From the NCBI GenBank assembly GCA_030390025.1, contig CM059432.1, positions 37,698,001 through 37,762,000 of the forward strand: DNA of 64,000 nucleotides, given 5' to 3'. Below, piece after piece: positions 38,847 to 51,105 of the stretch. This stretch comes from Squalus acanthias (Eukaryota). The position numbers and the translations under genes are program-made. Position 1 is the stretch's first letter; each line of letters opens with the position of its first letter. Under the pieces are notes generated by a model that was given only the letters and a program-made list of their open reading frames with translations, ran no database searches and was not told the DNA's origin.

Positions 38847-38914
38847 CAATCGGGACAGAAGGAAATGCAGGATATATTTTCACTGATGCACATTTTTAAA
38901 CTTTTTCTTCACAG

Positions 38915-39071
38915 ACTGTTTCCTACACTCAGTTTCTTTATCCGACCAACGTCTTGGGCGGAAGGAGGAATACAATTGATTCCACTGCTTCATTATCCCA
39001 GTTTCGGAACAGCAGCCATCGTAATCTTCCTCTTGGGAGGGCAAACAGTTCCCAAGGAAGCATTGACACAG
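38915..39071 (+). CDS. CABLES1: CABLES1 internal coding exon C (157 bp, phase 0-1)
   Basis: Acceptor ctttttcttcacAG and donor CAG|GTAACT. Encodes TVSYTQFLYPTNVLGGRRNTIDSTASLSQFRNSSHRNLPLGRANSSQGSIDT, a CABLES1-type sequence (TVSYTQF...RRNTIDST). Confidence 0.95.
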
Positions 39072-39619
39072 GTAACTAAGAGGAACAAGTAATTGCATGT
39101 GGCATTTACACTTTACACTTTATTTTCAGGCTTTCATAACACGGAATATGACTGATTAACTGGAAGAAATACTAACTGTCGGGCGAGAACATCCAATGGA
39201 ACTTGAATGGAATATAAAAGTTCAAAATAGATGTAATATTCAAAGGAGTGAATGTGACGTATTCAATAGACTTATCCCTAGAAGCTACAGCTGGTAGACC
39301 TGGAGAGAATAATAAAGTGCATAAGTGAGGCTTGTACGCATTTCTAGTTCCTTCAGTCTAGTTCTTTAGTATTTATACCTGACTGTTTGAAAGAATCCCT
39401 TTGTGTGAACAGTAACAGAAAAAGCCAAACTCTGAGTAAAATGGATGTTACACAACATGGGCTACAGGTGATGCATCTTCCTCCTCCTCCTGTTTCTTAC
39501 TAACGCAGCAATCATACAGAGCACTATTATTCAAGTGTCATTTTCTTCGGGCAATTTCTCCCAATAACCCTGCACTCCTGGAGGTGCTGACATGTGCTGG
39601 GGTAGTTCCATGGGTGTCA

Positions 39620-39910
39620 GCAGCTTTCCAGTGGCGGCTCTTCATGTAGGAGCCTAGACTTTGTCAGTATTTGTCTGACCACCACCCTGTTCTCATCCGT
39701 TCACGAACACTTCGAAGAGGCATCATCAGATAGTGAATAGGAGCAGGAACGCTGACTAGTTTTTATCCCCCTCCCTAGCCTAGGGAACCTGATACCAGTT
39801 GCAGCATCTCCACAATACCCTGGCGATCAACTAACTCAGGAACTGAAGCTGGGATCTTCCTGGTCTGTATGGCTCATTACCACGTTCAGCAGTGTATTTA
39901 TCCACAGTGC
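39620..39910 (-). mobile_element. SINE family C copy
   Basis: gagcctagac...aggagcaggaacgctgac...cccctccctagcctaggg is homologous to the other family C copies. Confidence 0.55.
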
Positions 39911-39954
39911 CGTTTTTATAGGCTGTAAGATTGTAATATTATAGTGAACCTCTA

Positions 39955-40903
39955 ATATTGTGGATTGACCAGTGCAAACATATAAATACTGTGGCTACAT
40001 GACCTGGACAACATTCAGGCTTGGGCTGATAAATGGCAATTTGTGTCACACAAGTGCCAGGCAATAACCATCTCCAACAAGAGAGAGTCTAGCCACCTTG
40101 AACGGGATTACCATCGCCGAATTCGTCACCATTGACCAGAAACTTAACTGGACCAGCCACATAAATACTGTGGCAACAAGAGGGCTGGGTATTCTTCACT
40201 GAGTGACTCACCTCCTGACTCCCCAAAGCCCCATAGTGGCGTTGAGGCCAAGATCAGATCAGCCATGATCTTATTGAATGGCGGGGCAGGCTCGAGGGGC
40301 CGAATGGCCTACTCCTCTACTCCTGCTCCTATTTCTTATGTTCTTAAAGCCTTTCCACCACCTACAAGGCACAAGTCAGGAGTGTGATGGAATACTCTCC
40401 ACTTGCCTAGATGAGTGCAGCTCCAACAACACTCGAGAAGCTCGACACCATTCAGGACAAAGCAGCCCGCTTGATTAGCACCCCATCCACCACCTTAAAC
40501 ATTCACTCCCTCCACCAAGGGCACACTGTGGTTGTAGTGTGTATCATCTACAAGATGCATTGCAGCAACTCGCCAAGGCTTCTTCAGTAGCACCTCCCAA
40601 ACCCGCAACCTCTACCACCTAGAAGGACAAGGGCAGCAGGCGCATGGGAACACCACCACCTCCAAGTTCCCCTCCAAGTCACACACCATCCTAACTTGAA
40701 ACTATATCGCCGTTCCTTCATCGTTGCTGAGCCAAAATCCTGGAACTCCCTCCCTTACAGCACTGTGGGAGTACCTTCGCCACACAGACTGCAGCGGTTC
40801 AAGGCGGCGGCTCACCACCACCTTCTCGAGGGCAATTAGGGATGGGCAATAAATGCTGGCCTTACCAGCGACAACACATCTCGTGAATGAATAAATAAAA
40901 AAA
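39955..40903 (+). mobile_element. Family-B LINE 3' part with a nested HER1 tail (40231-40345)
   Basis: Homologous to 17375-18037. The nested stub is flanked by an AAAGCC TSD (40225-40230 and 40346-40351). Confidence 0.9.
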
Positions 40904-41786
40904 ACTACGTGATACTTTCGGCCAATTTGATCCCGACATAAGGGTACACAAGGCAGCCATTTTTTTAATTACCTACTTTCATTTTCAGCTCATTATTTTT
41001 AGTGTTTCGTTTCTTTTTTTTAATTACTTTTCTTCTCTTTTGTGCAAAGGTCCCTACTGCCCAGATTTTGTGCTCTGTCCGACCTAAATTTCCTCTCCCA
41101 GCATGTTTACTCAGAGTTCTCAGCCTCTGTATCCGACCTGGTTCTGTGCTTGACCCCACTCAACCCCAACCTGCCTCTGTGCCCAGACCGCACCAAACAA
41201 TCTCTTCCAACCTGATGTTGGGCCCGATCTGGCATCTTCCCCCTCAATTAGCCCTGAGTGGCCTCTTTCTGCCCACCTGACTCCGCATGACATGCACTGT
41301 ACCGGCCAAGCTCCCTACTTGCACTCCCTAGCCAACAGTCTCTGGCCTGACTTGACTTTTTTTGCTTCCTCTTCCTGCCGTTTCCAAGCGGGGAATTGAG
41401 GCCTAACACGAGTTTCACTGTGAGCCCTTCTTGACTTCACATTTGGATTCCTGCATATTTGGGATGGGTAATGGCACAAAAGATGGTAGAATGGCAAAAG
41501 ATAAGACCTGATCTCTCTCAAATTACCAAAGGTTAATTATTTACGTACAGAAAAAAAACCAACGTGCTCTGCCATTGCCCTGCCCATCCCAAATTCGACT
41601 GGAAAAGAAACTGCGCCCTCCACAGGTAGTCAGCAGTCCTACACTGGCTGCTGGCACCTGATATTCTGACCACTTGATGCACCCAGCACATCTTGCCTTT
41701 ACATACCGAGAGCACCAGTTAAATGAGCGGACCTTGCTTCATTGAGTGCTTGAGAGCAATAGTCCTGTTGGGACCACATTCTCGGA

Positions 41787-42200
41787 AGAAAAGAAAGAAA
41801 GACTTGCATTTATATAGCGCCTTTCATGACCACTGGACGTCCCAAAGCGCTTTACAGCCAATGAAGTACTTTTGAAGTGTAGTCACTGTTGTAATGTAGG
41901 AACTAAGATGAACAAGTAATTGCATGTTGGGATTTGAAAACTCTCTCTGGATTATTAATCCAGACCTCTGGATTACTAGTCTAATAACATATCCACAACA
42001 CTACCATACCGTAACAGTCTGTTAAGGAAATTGATGGAAAAGGATAGGACTTGCATTTACATAGCGCCTTTCACAACCTCAGGACATCCCAAAGCGCTTT
42101 ACAGTCAATGAAGTACTTTTTGACGTGTAGTCACATTTGTAATGTAGGAAACGCGGCAGCCAATTTGTGCACAGTAAGGTCCCACAAACAGCAATGAGAG
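41787..42200 (-). mobile_element. Two SacSINE1-like 3' tail fragments (about 41787-41902 and 42048-42200)
   Basis: gacttgcatttatatagcgcctttca...gtaatgtaggaa occurs twice. Confidence 0.8.
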
Positions 42201-44074
42201 AGGCACAACTTCTTTGTCCATGAGCAACACCATGGACAAATAACTAGTTTTGCTAAAAAGAAAACGATTAACTATCTGCAAGTGGGAGATGATGGTTGTA
42301 AAATAAGGACCTTTCAAATCCGTTGAAGGTTAGCATTGACATCCAGCATTGCTCTGTAGGCTACCTGATCGTTTACTGGGTTATAACTTGTCCCAGTTCA
42401 CCACAGTCTGAAGTAATAGAAGATAATAAAGAAAATGAAATGTGGAAGTAAAATGTGATCGGTAAGTAAACAGATTGCAGTACGTTGTGATGAATGCTAT
42501 ATCAATGGGGAAGGATCTGTCCTTGTGAGGAGGAGGGAGTGTGGCCATGTCTGTACATGGAAGAGTTTGTACTGACGCTCACATTGACAACAGCACCTCT
42601 CCAGTGCCTGAACCCTCGTGCCAGAAAAGCAAACCCTGCCTCATTTTACTTGAGAACTGTTTCAGTAGATGCTGGATTTTAACCCAGACCTTCAGATAAT
42701 GTTCTCAGTCGATTGTGTAGCACTCAGCACTCAGCAGTAAAGTACTATAGCATAACACTTTAAACATTGCTGGCAAATGATTACCAAAAACTAAAAAGGG
42801 AAATAATTTACAGCCTTAATTCCAACATTAATAATATGGTGCTTTCATGATCTATTGTAAGGAATGAAATGTTAATATCAGCGTCTAAGGAGCATTCTTT
42901 ACAGTTAATTAACATTAACATTATTACTGGGTAGAGTATTAAAAATAACAAATTATAAATCTGCTGTAATTAAAGTTGTAAATATAAATTATGTCCAATA
43001 TAAATGACTTGGAAAACTGCTCTACACTAAGGCTGTGGACTTTTACAGAAGGAGTTTGTGAGATGGCAGCTACAGAATGAGAATGGTGCTGAGGAAATAG
43101 TGTCAGACTCAGTGCAAGAATTGGTGTCCAGTACAGCAGCTCGAAACACGACTTTTAGGCAGATGGATTGATAGAAGCTTCAGAGCTTTTGTTATTGTTG
43201 TCATAATATAGCTTTATTTTTGTAATTTTTCAAAAAAAAATTCCCCCTTATTTTCTTCCTTCTGTAAGTTAATGCCCTATCGGTATGTGTGCCAGTTCAG
43301 TCCACAGACAGTCTGTAGATGCCAGCAACACCCCTCTATTCAGGAGGTGCCATGGAACAGTTTGGTAATAGATTCCCTGTTGGAGTCTGGGGAGACCCCG
43401 ATGAAACAGTTGCCATTCCTTCAGTCATTCCTAACGTTCCCCCACTAATACATTGAGATGTACATCGACTGAAGGAAAGGCCTCAATTTACGCAATGCAG
43501 ATGGACTTGTCCTGAAGGGAGATTGGTGTGAGCAGTGGATTCTTAAAATTGTTTTGATACATCCCATCAGCTTTGCTGCATCGCTTTTTTTTTTTAACAT
43601 CAACAAATTTGTTGTCCCTCCAATGAGAAAATGTACTGACTGTCTGAAAAAGTCAACCTATTTAGGCAGATGAGAGTGGACAGTCCTGAAGTAATGAACT
43701 TTTGAAGTTTACATCAACATCCAGCCGTGCCCTGCAAACATACTGTTTAATAAACGGTATTGACTCAGTCCAGGAGGAGGCGGTTTTAGAGTTATGTTTG
43801 ACATTTGATTACCTGTCAGATGGATCCCAGAAAGCTGTTGCACTGTTATAATGAGACTGGCAGGGCAGCAGCATACACACACTTCAGGCAGTTTGTAGTA
43901 ATTTGGCATTCTGATGATTTGAATAGTTACATTGTAAATTGTAAGTGGGTGGCTTCAATAATGCATCTTACAATATAACCAGGATACATTACACTCATTA
44001 GCCCAGGAAAATCATAGGCTGTGGTACGTACATTGCTTGCTATCTCTCTACACAGATGCACGTATATACATACG

Positions 44075-44605
44075 TATTACATAGAATTTACAGCACAGCA
44101 ACAGGCCATTTGGCCCAACTGCTCTATGCCGGTGTTTATGCTCCACACCCGCCTCCTCCCACTTCACTTCATCTCACCCTATCAACATACCCTTCTATTC
44201 CTTTCTCCCTCATGTACTTATCTAGCTTCCCCTTAAATGCATCTGTGCTAATTGCCTCAACTACACCATGTGGTAGTGAATTTCACATTCTAACCACATG
44301 AAGTTTCTCCTGAATTCCTTATTGGATTTATTAGTGACCATCTTATATTTATGACTCCTAGTTTTGGACTTGCCCACAAGGGGAAACATCTTCTTTACAT
44401 CTACCCTATCAAACCTCTTCATAATTAGGTCACCCCTCAGCCTTCTCTTTTCGAGTCAGAAGAGCCGCAGCCTGTTCAATCTTTCCTGATAGTTATAACC
44501 TCTCAGTTCTGGTATCATGCTTGTAAATCTGATTCACACCTTCTCCAGTGCCTCTATATCCTTTCTGTAATATGGAGCCTAGAACTGTGCACCGTATTCC
44601 TAGTG
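44075..44605 (-). mobile_element. CR1 3' fragment
   Basis: Reverse complement resembles 13780-14295 (CR1 C-terminus and tail). Confidence 0.8.
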
Positions 44606-44817
44606 TATGTAATGAAACCAAAATGATAATTATATCTGCCACAGCTATTCTGTAATTTAAAAAAATGTGAGGAAATAGAGCGGCGCTTGGATATTTCTGT
44701 TTAACTGTTTATTCTCATTACGTTTGCACGATTCTTTCAGTAATGTTTGGCAAATGAAAGAACAGATAAGGAGAATGGTTCAGGGACGAACAAAATAATG
44801 TTGGGATTTTATTACAG

Positions 44818-44921
44818 GCAGTGAAGTGGGGGAGCTTGCGGAATATGATCCTAACCTGCTGGATGACCCGCAGTGGCCATGTGGAAAACACAAGCGAGTT
44901 CTGATCTTCCCTTCCTATATG
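44818..44921 (+). CDS. CABLES1: CABLES1 internal coding exon D (104 bp, phase 1-0)
   Basis: Acceptor ttttattacAG and donor ATG|GTAGGT. Encodes GSEVGELAEYDPNLLDDPQWPCGKHKRVLIFPSYM, a hallmark CABLES motif. IFPSYM is the CABLES1 form as recalled. Confidence 0.97.
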
Positions 44922-45580
44922 GTAGGTGCCGGCTGGTACTTTCCCGTTCATAGACAATAGTTTTGTGTGGCTGAATGCAGCCGTGAGACTGTAGAAATCA
45001 TAACTGCAAATTTGCTAAATATCTTCATTCCTGTCCAAATGGCGCTATACAAGAATGTACAAGAATTATTGTGACTAGTACACAACATTCAAAGTATCAA
45101 GGATCTAAGTTGTGAGGAAAGATTAAGGGATGGGGGGGCGGGGGCAGTTAAGTTTGTTTTCTTTGGAAAAGAGACTTCAAGGTGAAGTTTTCAAGGATAT
45201 AAAGGGGATTGACTAAGCCGATCCAGACAAACTGTCTGAAAAGATTCAAATAGCAAGGAATGCAAGTTAATTAAAAAATTGAGATTTCAGATTTCCAGCT
45301 TCTGCAGTATTTTGCTTTTGTTAAAAATAGGGAGTTGGGAGTAAGAAGGGAACTCGGGCAGTTCTGTTTTGAACTGCCCTTCTCTCATGAGGCACTGGCT
45401 CATAACTGGGTTACAGTTCCTTATGTGCTATTTTCATTCTGGTGCCTTGCCAAAGTAGTCTTGATGTGTGAGCCCAGGCAATGAATGTTGCAGGCTATTT
45501 GAAAATTGATGGTATCACATGCAAGCCCCATCTCTTCACAACCAACGTCCACACATACACAATTTCTGGTAAAAGTCATT

Positions 45581-46227
45581 GGGTTAGAAATTGGTATTGG
45601 TGTATTGCACCTGTTTATCGGTGTAAAACGGGTGCAGAGCATACCAATTGAGCTGTGGAACTTTCTGCACCCAATCTGTGCAGGTCACTGCTAAATGCGT
45701 GGGGCCCTTTTTTTTTCAAGCGTCCCGAGCAGACACCTAAAACAGGCATTAGGTCCCTTAAATATGTAAATTAGGGGCCTAACAACTGTTGAAGAATCCC
45801 ATTAAGACATTTGTTAGCGATGAGTGGGGCAGATGTTGGGCCTGACCTGCTCAGGATTCTTTAGCGGTCCCGGTGGCCGCCAATGAAAGCTAAGTTTTTT
45901 AAAAATTTAAAAAAACATTCCTGTGGAGCCAGGAGGATCAGGAATGCTCCCCCGACTCCAAGAATCACGATCAACCTCCCCGCACCCCCCTCCCTCCCCC
46001 GTGGCCCGCTCCAACCCTCCATCCCGGGACTTTCCTGAGGGCCGTCACTGGCGAGGCAGGTGGCCTGACATTGATCTCTTCGCTTGGCCGTGCTGTCTGT
46101 GGTGGTGCAACCAGCGGCGGCAGATCGGACCGAGTATGGTGACAAGGCCCGAAGACCAATTCCTATTGATCTTCGGGCCTCCCAGTTCAGGCAGGCTGGA
46201 AAACAGGCCCAGACCAAAATCTACCCC
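45581..46227. mobile_element. MITE, probably Harbinger-derived, inserted in a SINE family C copy
   Basis: TIRs GGGTTAGAAATTGGT and ACCAAAATCTACCCC, with a 3-bp ATT TSD. Confidence 0.75.
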
Positions 46228-47313
46228 ATTGTGTAGCAGACTGATTTCTTCCCCTTCCTCCGAGCCCAGAGACCCGAAGCCAAGCATAACGCTCCCTACT
46301 GTCACCGTGGCTGAGATCAACTAACTCAACATGGAGCAGCGCTCAAACTTGAGATCTCTGGTATGTTTGGTTTAGTGCTGGAGCACACTGGACAGGGAAG
46401 CCACTGGGGGAGTGATTCATTTTTAATTGCTTTCATTCATTAATTATCCCGCAAGGAGACGCTGGAGGTGTAACTTCAGCTCTCTTGAGTAATGAGTTTT
46501 CTTTGCACTTTACAAACCTGCTGAATATGATTACTTATTTATTCTGCTGAAGGTTACAAAGAGAACTGATAGGGGAGATAGCAGGTAACGGTTTTGCCAC
46601 GACATCAAAGGTAAAATGAGAGCGTTGTTCTAATTTTTGATGTCATGAAAGGAAGCCTGCCACTTTAACTCTTGAAACATTAATTTCCTTTATTTCCAAT
46701 GGTAATACTTGTGGCATCTAGAAAGAACAGGAAAATGGGTATTTCACGTGTTTAACAGCAAGTGGAAACTGACATATTTAAACCTTTTCCAACAGGCAGT
46801 GAGGCCTATTCCGTGCCCAGACTCATAACTGGTCAACTCCTTTTAGGTATTTAAGTGGCATCGTTTCCACTATTGAAAACCAGCAAGCCGCAATTGTACA
46901 ACCACCGCATACTGTACATATGTTTACACATGCTGAGGAAAAGTAAACTATTAATAATATATAACTTTCAGGGTGTAATGTGATATGGACAACGGCTAGT
47001 GAAGGCTCAATGAATTTTTTTGGGTGTCACTCCAGTCTTGTTACCGGTTATGGCAAAACTGCACTATAAGAAGCAAAATGAGTACTTTATATTCTCTTGC
47101 ACTAAAAGGGAAAGTCCATTTAGACCTGACCAATCAGGAGCTATTGGGAAATGGTATTGTATTATTAATTTTAGTGGGAACAATTGTCAAAGCTGTGCAT
47201 TTTTAGTCTGCACTGAGTGATGGGACAGACTTGCATCCTCTATTTGCCAGCTGTGAATTTACAGTGTGGCAATGGCAGTGGGCCTCTATTAAGTACATGG
47301 TTGTAGATAAGAT

Positions 47314-47432
47314 GGGGATAATTTTTACTTTAGATGATAGTGTAAAACAGGCGATATCGATTCAACCACCAAATGGAAATGAAAATTGATATCGCCTGTT
47401 TTACACTATCGCCCAAAGTCAAAATTACCCCC
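47314..47432. mobile_element. 119-bp palindromic MITE
   Basis: Arms of about 49 bp, with a core GATAGTGTAAAACAGGCGATATC perfectly complementary to the right arm. 3-bp GAT TSD. Confidence 0.85.
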
Positions 47433-47516
47433 GATGAGTGAGCAGAGTGCATTAGGAAGATAAACAGGCTGTTGTGAGAGCATCTGTTTCAGTCCTGGAC
47501 CCTCCTGCAGACTATT

Positions 47517-48142
47517 AACAACAACAACAATTTGCACTTATATAGCGCCTTTAACATAGTAAAACATCCCAAGGCACTTCACAGGAGCATTATCAAACAA
47601 AATTTGACACCGAGCCACATAAGATATTAGGACAGGTGACCAAAAGCTTGGTCCAAGAGGTAGGTTTTAAGGAGTGTCTTAAAGAAGAAGAGAGAAGCGG
47701 AGAGGTTTAGGGAGAGAATTCCAGAGCTTATGACATAGGCAGCTGAAGGCACGGTTGCCAATGATGGAGCGAAGAAAATCGGGGATGCGCAAGAGGCCAG
47801 AATTGGAAAAGTGAAAGATCTCAAAGGGTTTTTGGGCTGGAGGAGGTTGCAGAGATGGGGAGAGGCGAGGCCATGGAAGGATTTAAAAAACAGGATAATT
47901 TAAAATCGGGGCGTTGCCGGATTGGGAGACAATGTAGTTCAATGAGCACAGGGGTAATAGGTTAATAGGACTTGGTGCAAGTTAGGATACAAGCAGCAGA
48001 GTTTTGGATGAACTCAAGTTTACAGAGGGTGCAAGGTCGGAGGTCGAACAGGAGAGCATTGGAATAATTGAGTCTTGAGATAACAAAGGCATGCATGAGG
48101 GTTTCAGTAGCAGATGAGCTGAGGCAGAGGTGGAGAGTGGCA
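47517..48142 (-). mobile_element. L2 LINE 3' fragment
   Basis: Homologous to 34379-34957 and 55561-56812, with a (TTG)n tail. Confidence 0.88.
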
Positions 48143-50084
48143 AATATGGATCTTGATCTTGAGCTAATATTTTGACATCACTGTTGGCGTATATTATATA
48201 CACAAGTTGAGGTAGATATTGAGTGCATCCATAAAGCAACATGTGTGAGAACCACACGCAGGTAGTTAGTTTTGATCTCAGATCTCAAAGTAATGATTAG
48301 TTCTGTAAGTTCCCAACATGTAGTCAGTAAGCCTAACAACTAATGTCTGCCATGAGCTACATCTGATGATTAGCTTAGCAACTATTTTGAATGATTTTTC
48401 AACTCCATGGGGAGGGAAGAAACGTTCAGGTGTAGCAACATCATAAATGTGTTTGTGAAGACATTCTCTGGTTGCTACTTCTAGCTAAATTATAAACATG
48501 TTTTGAAGGACCAAAATACCAAACAACAGAAATCTTCAGAAGTCTATTTATGATGTTGCTGCACATAGCGATCAGAAGAATTTGTATCCCCACTAGTGAA
48601 TCTCATGGATCGTCTGGGGTCTGGAGCCATGACTGATTTATTGCTGCTGCCTGGTCTTTCCCTTTAAGGTCAATGTTCATATTCGGCAAATTTTAACTAT
48701 AGCTGCTTAAAAACTGATTAGGTTAATCACAGAGCAGTTGCAAATGTTTGTAAATTTCAGGCTCCAGGTCAATGACTGTATTCTTTCTCTTTTGTAAAAA
48801 GATTGTTTTGAATGTGTAACAGAAATTCCCTGTCTGGTTTGTGCTCACTCTGACTTTTTCTCTAAAATTAACAGTAGGTGTTTGATTTAAATTATTTTTT
48901 GAACTTTAGTACAATACTGGTCTGTCAGTAGTGAATTGCACCATATTGTGGAGACTTGATTGCTCCAACAGTACGAGGGATACTTGCAAGTGACAAATCA
49001 AAAATGTCATTCTGTATAATCCTTAGTCCATTACCTTCCTGCTGGTGATGTTCGATAATGATGTCTCAACTTTTCTGTGAAATCATTCTCGAACACAGGC
49101 ACACAGACTTCCTTTGAATGTATGGGATTGCCAATCGTGATCCAATCCCGGAATTCAAAACCAAAGACTGTGAGGGTAAAGCATGTTAAGCTTGCTTTGT
49201 GAGCTCATTTAATTCATCAGGATGTAGAGCGTGGATCTGTCAATAAATTAGGGAGTATTCTTCATAATGAAAGGATGAAAAGTACCTTCAATGTTGTCCC
49301 TGGGGTGCAATCATTACTTTGAACTAACAGACAATTAAAGAAGCCTCTCCAACAAAGTCTTCAAATTTAATCCATTTGTAAGGTACAAATCATACAATAC
49401 ACAGGGAGTAGAGGGTAGCTCCACAGTAGTGTCACTATATTGCTTTAAAAAAGAAGTTTTGTGAACTTTCAGTGAATTGAAGGTAAAAGACCCTGTACAG
49501 TAATTGGTTTATAAAATGGTGAGGGTAAGCTGTTATTTGGGAGACCTGTGCAACTACCCTTTAATGCTGCTGTATGTGACACTGTTCAATCAAAGTCAAG
49601 ATAAATAATTTCATTTTTATACACATAGGCTATGAAGAAGACGCAAATTGTTCTGTCTGTTCTCTTTACAGCCCAGTGAATGAGAGTATTATTAGTAGAT
49701 TCATTTGAGGCTGTGCTGTAGAGAGATTTGACAGTCGGGACAACGCTGGAACCACCCGATATATCACGGTCATTTTTAACGTTATGTTGTGATCACGCTG
49801 GATTTTTTTTTTAACACTCCAGTGTAGTCTAATTAGGCGCACAGGAAATTTCGGCGTAAGTTGACATCGGCAAAATTGGCATGCGAATGGGCGTAAAGTC
49901 GGGCTTAACTTCCCGATTATTCTGCTACAGGAATTTCTCCCCCCAAGTATCCAGTTACGACAGTAACGCATTCTAACAATGCTGCCTAATATGGAAGTGC
50001 CTTCCAGCTGGTGGAGCAACTCCCAAAGGCATTTCCCACTCCAATTAGGAAGCCGGTGTAACCTGAGTGGAAAATCTAGGCCAA

Positions 50085-51105
50085 CATTAGAGCACTAGAG
50101 AGAGGGTACAGAGGAGATTTACGAGGATGTTGCCAGGACTGGAAAATTTTAGCTATGAGGAAAGATTGGATAGGTTGGGGTTGTTTTCTTTGGAACAGAG
50201 GAGGCTGAGGGGAGACTTAATTGAGGTGAATAAAATTTTGAGGGGCCTAGATAGAGTGGATAGGATGGACCTAGTTCCCTTAGCATAGAGGTCAATAACC
50301 AGGGGACGTAGATTTAAAGTAATTGGTAGAAGGATTAGAGGTGAGTTGAGGAGAACTTCTTTTCACCCAGAGGGTGGTGGGGGTCTGGAACTCACTGTCT
50401 GAAAGAAAGAAAGACTTGCATTTATATAGTGCCTTTCATGACCACCAGACGTCCCAAAGCGCTTTACAGCCAATGAAATACTTTTGATGGCATCAAGGGG
50501 TCTGAGAATATGGTATTGAGATAGAGGATCAGCCATGATCATATTGAATGGCGGAGCAGGCTCGAAGAGTTGAATGGCCTACTCCTGCTCCTATTTTTCT
50601 ATGTTTCTATGTGTAGTCACGGTTGTAATGTAGAAAATGCGGCAGCCAATTTGCGCACAGCAAGCTCTCACAAACAGCAATATGATAATGACAAGACAAT
50701 CTGTTTTAGTGATATTGACCAGGATACCAGGAGAACTCTCCTGCTGTTCTTCGAATAGAGTCATGGGATCTTTTACATCTACCCGAGAGGCAGACGGCAC
50801 CTTGCTTTAACGTCTCATCCGAAAGACGGCACCTCCGACAGTGCAGCACTCCCTCAGTACTGCACTGGGAGTGTCAGCCTAGATTTTTGTGCTCCAGTCT
50901 CTTGAACCCACAGCCAAAAGGGTGGTAAGAGGCAGAAACCCTCATTGCATTTAAAAAGTGCTTGGATGTGTACTTGAAGTGTCGTAGCCTACAAAGCTAC
51001 GGACCAAGAGCTGGAAAGTGGGATTAGGCTGGATAGCTATTTTTTGGCCGGCACAGACACGATGGGCTGAATAACCTCCTTCTGTGCCGTAAATTTCTAT
51101 GATTC
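50085..51105 (+). mobile_element. CR1 3' fragment interrupted by a SacSINE1-like SINE
   Basis: [16 protein letters not shown]...WNSLS resumes at RVV after the SINE and ends in the tail atttctatgattcta. Confidence 0.85.
50403..50910 (-). mobile_element. SacSINE1-like SINE carrying a nested plus-strand HER1 tail (about 50488-50610)
   Basis: SINE sequence tacttttga...tgtagtcac is split by gatcagccatgatcatattgaatggcggagcagg...ctatgtttctatg. Confidence 0.85.

Noticed and set aside
49650..49770. Strong splice-acceptor-like site (ttctgtctgttctctttacAG at 49671) as the next CABLES1 exon
   Set aside because: All three frames stop within 12 codons, there is no similarity to the expected TTVIDYVKPSDLK, and no good donor follows. 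It could only be a cryptic or poison exon.
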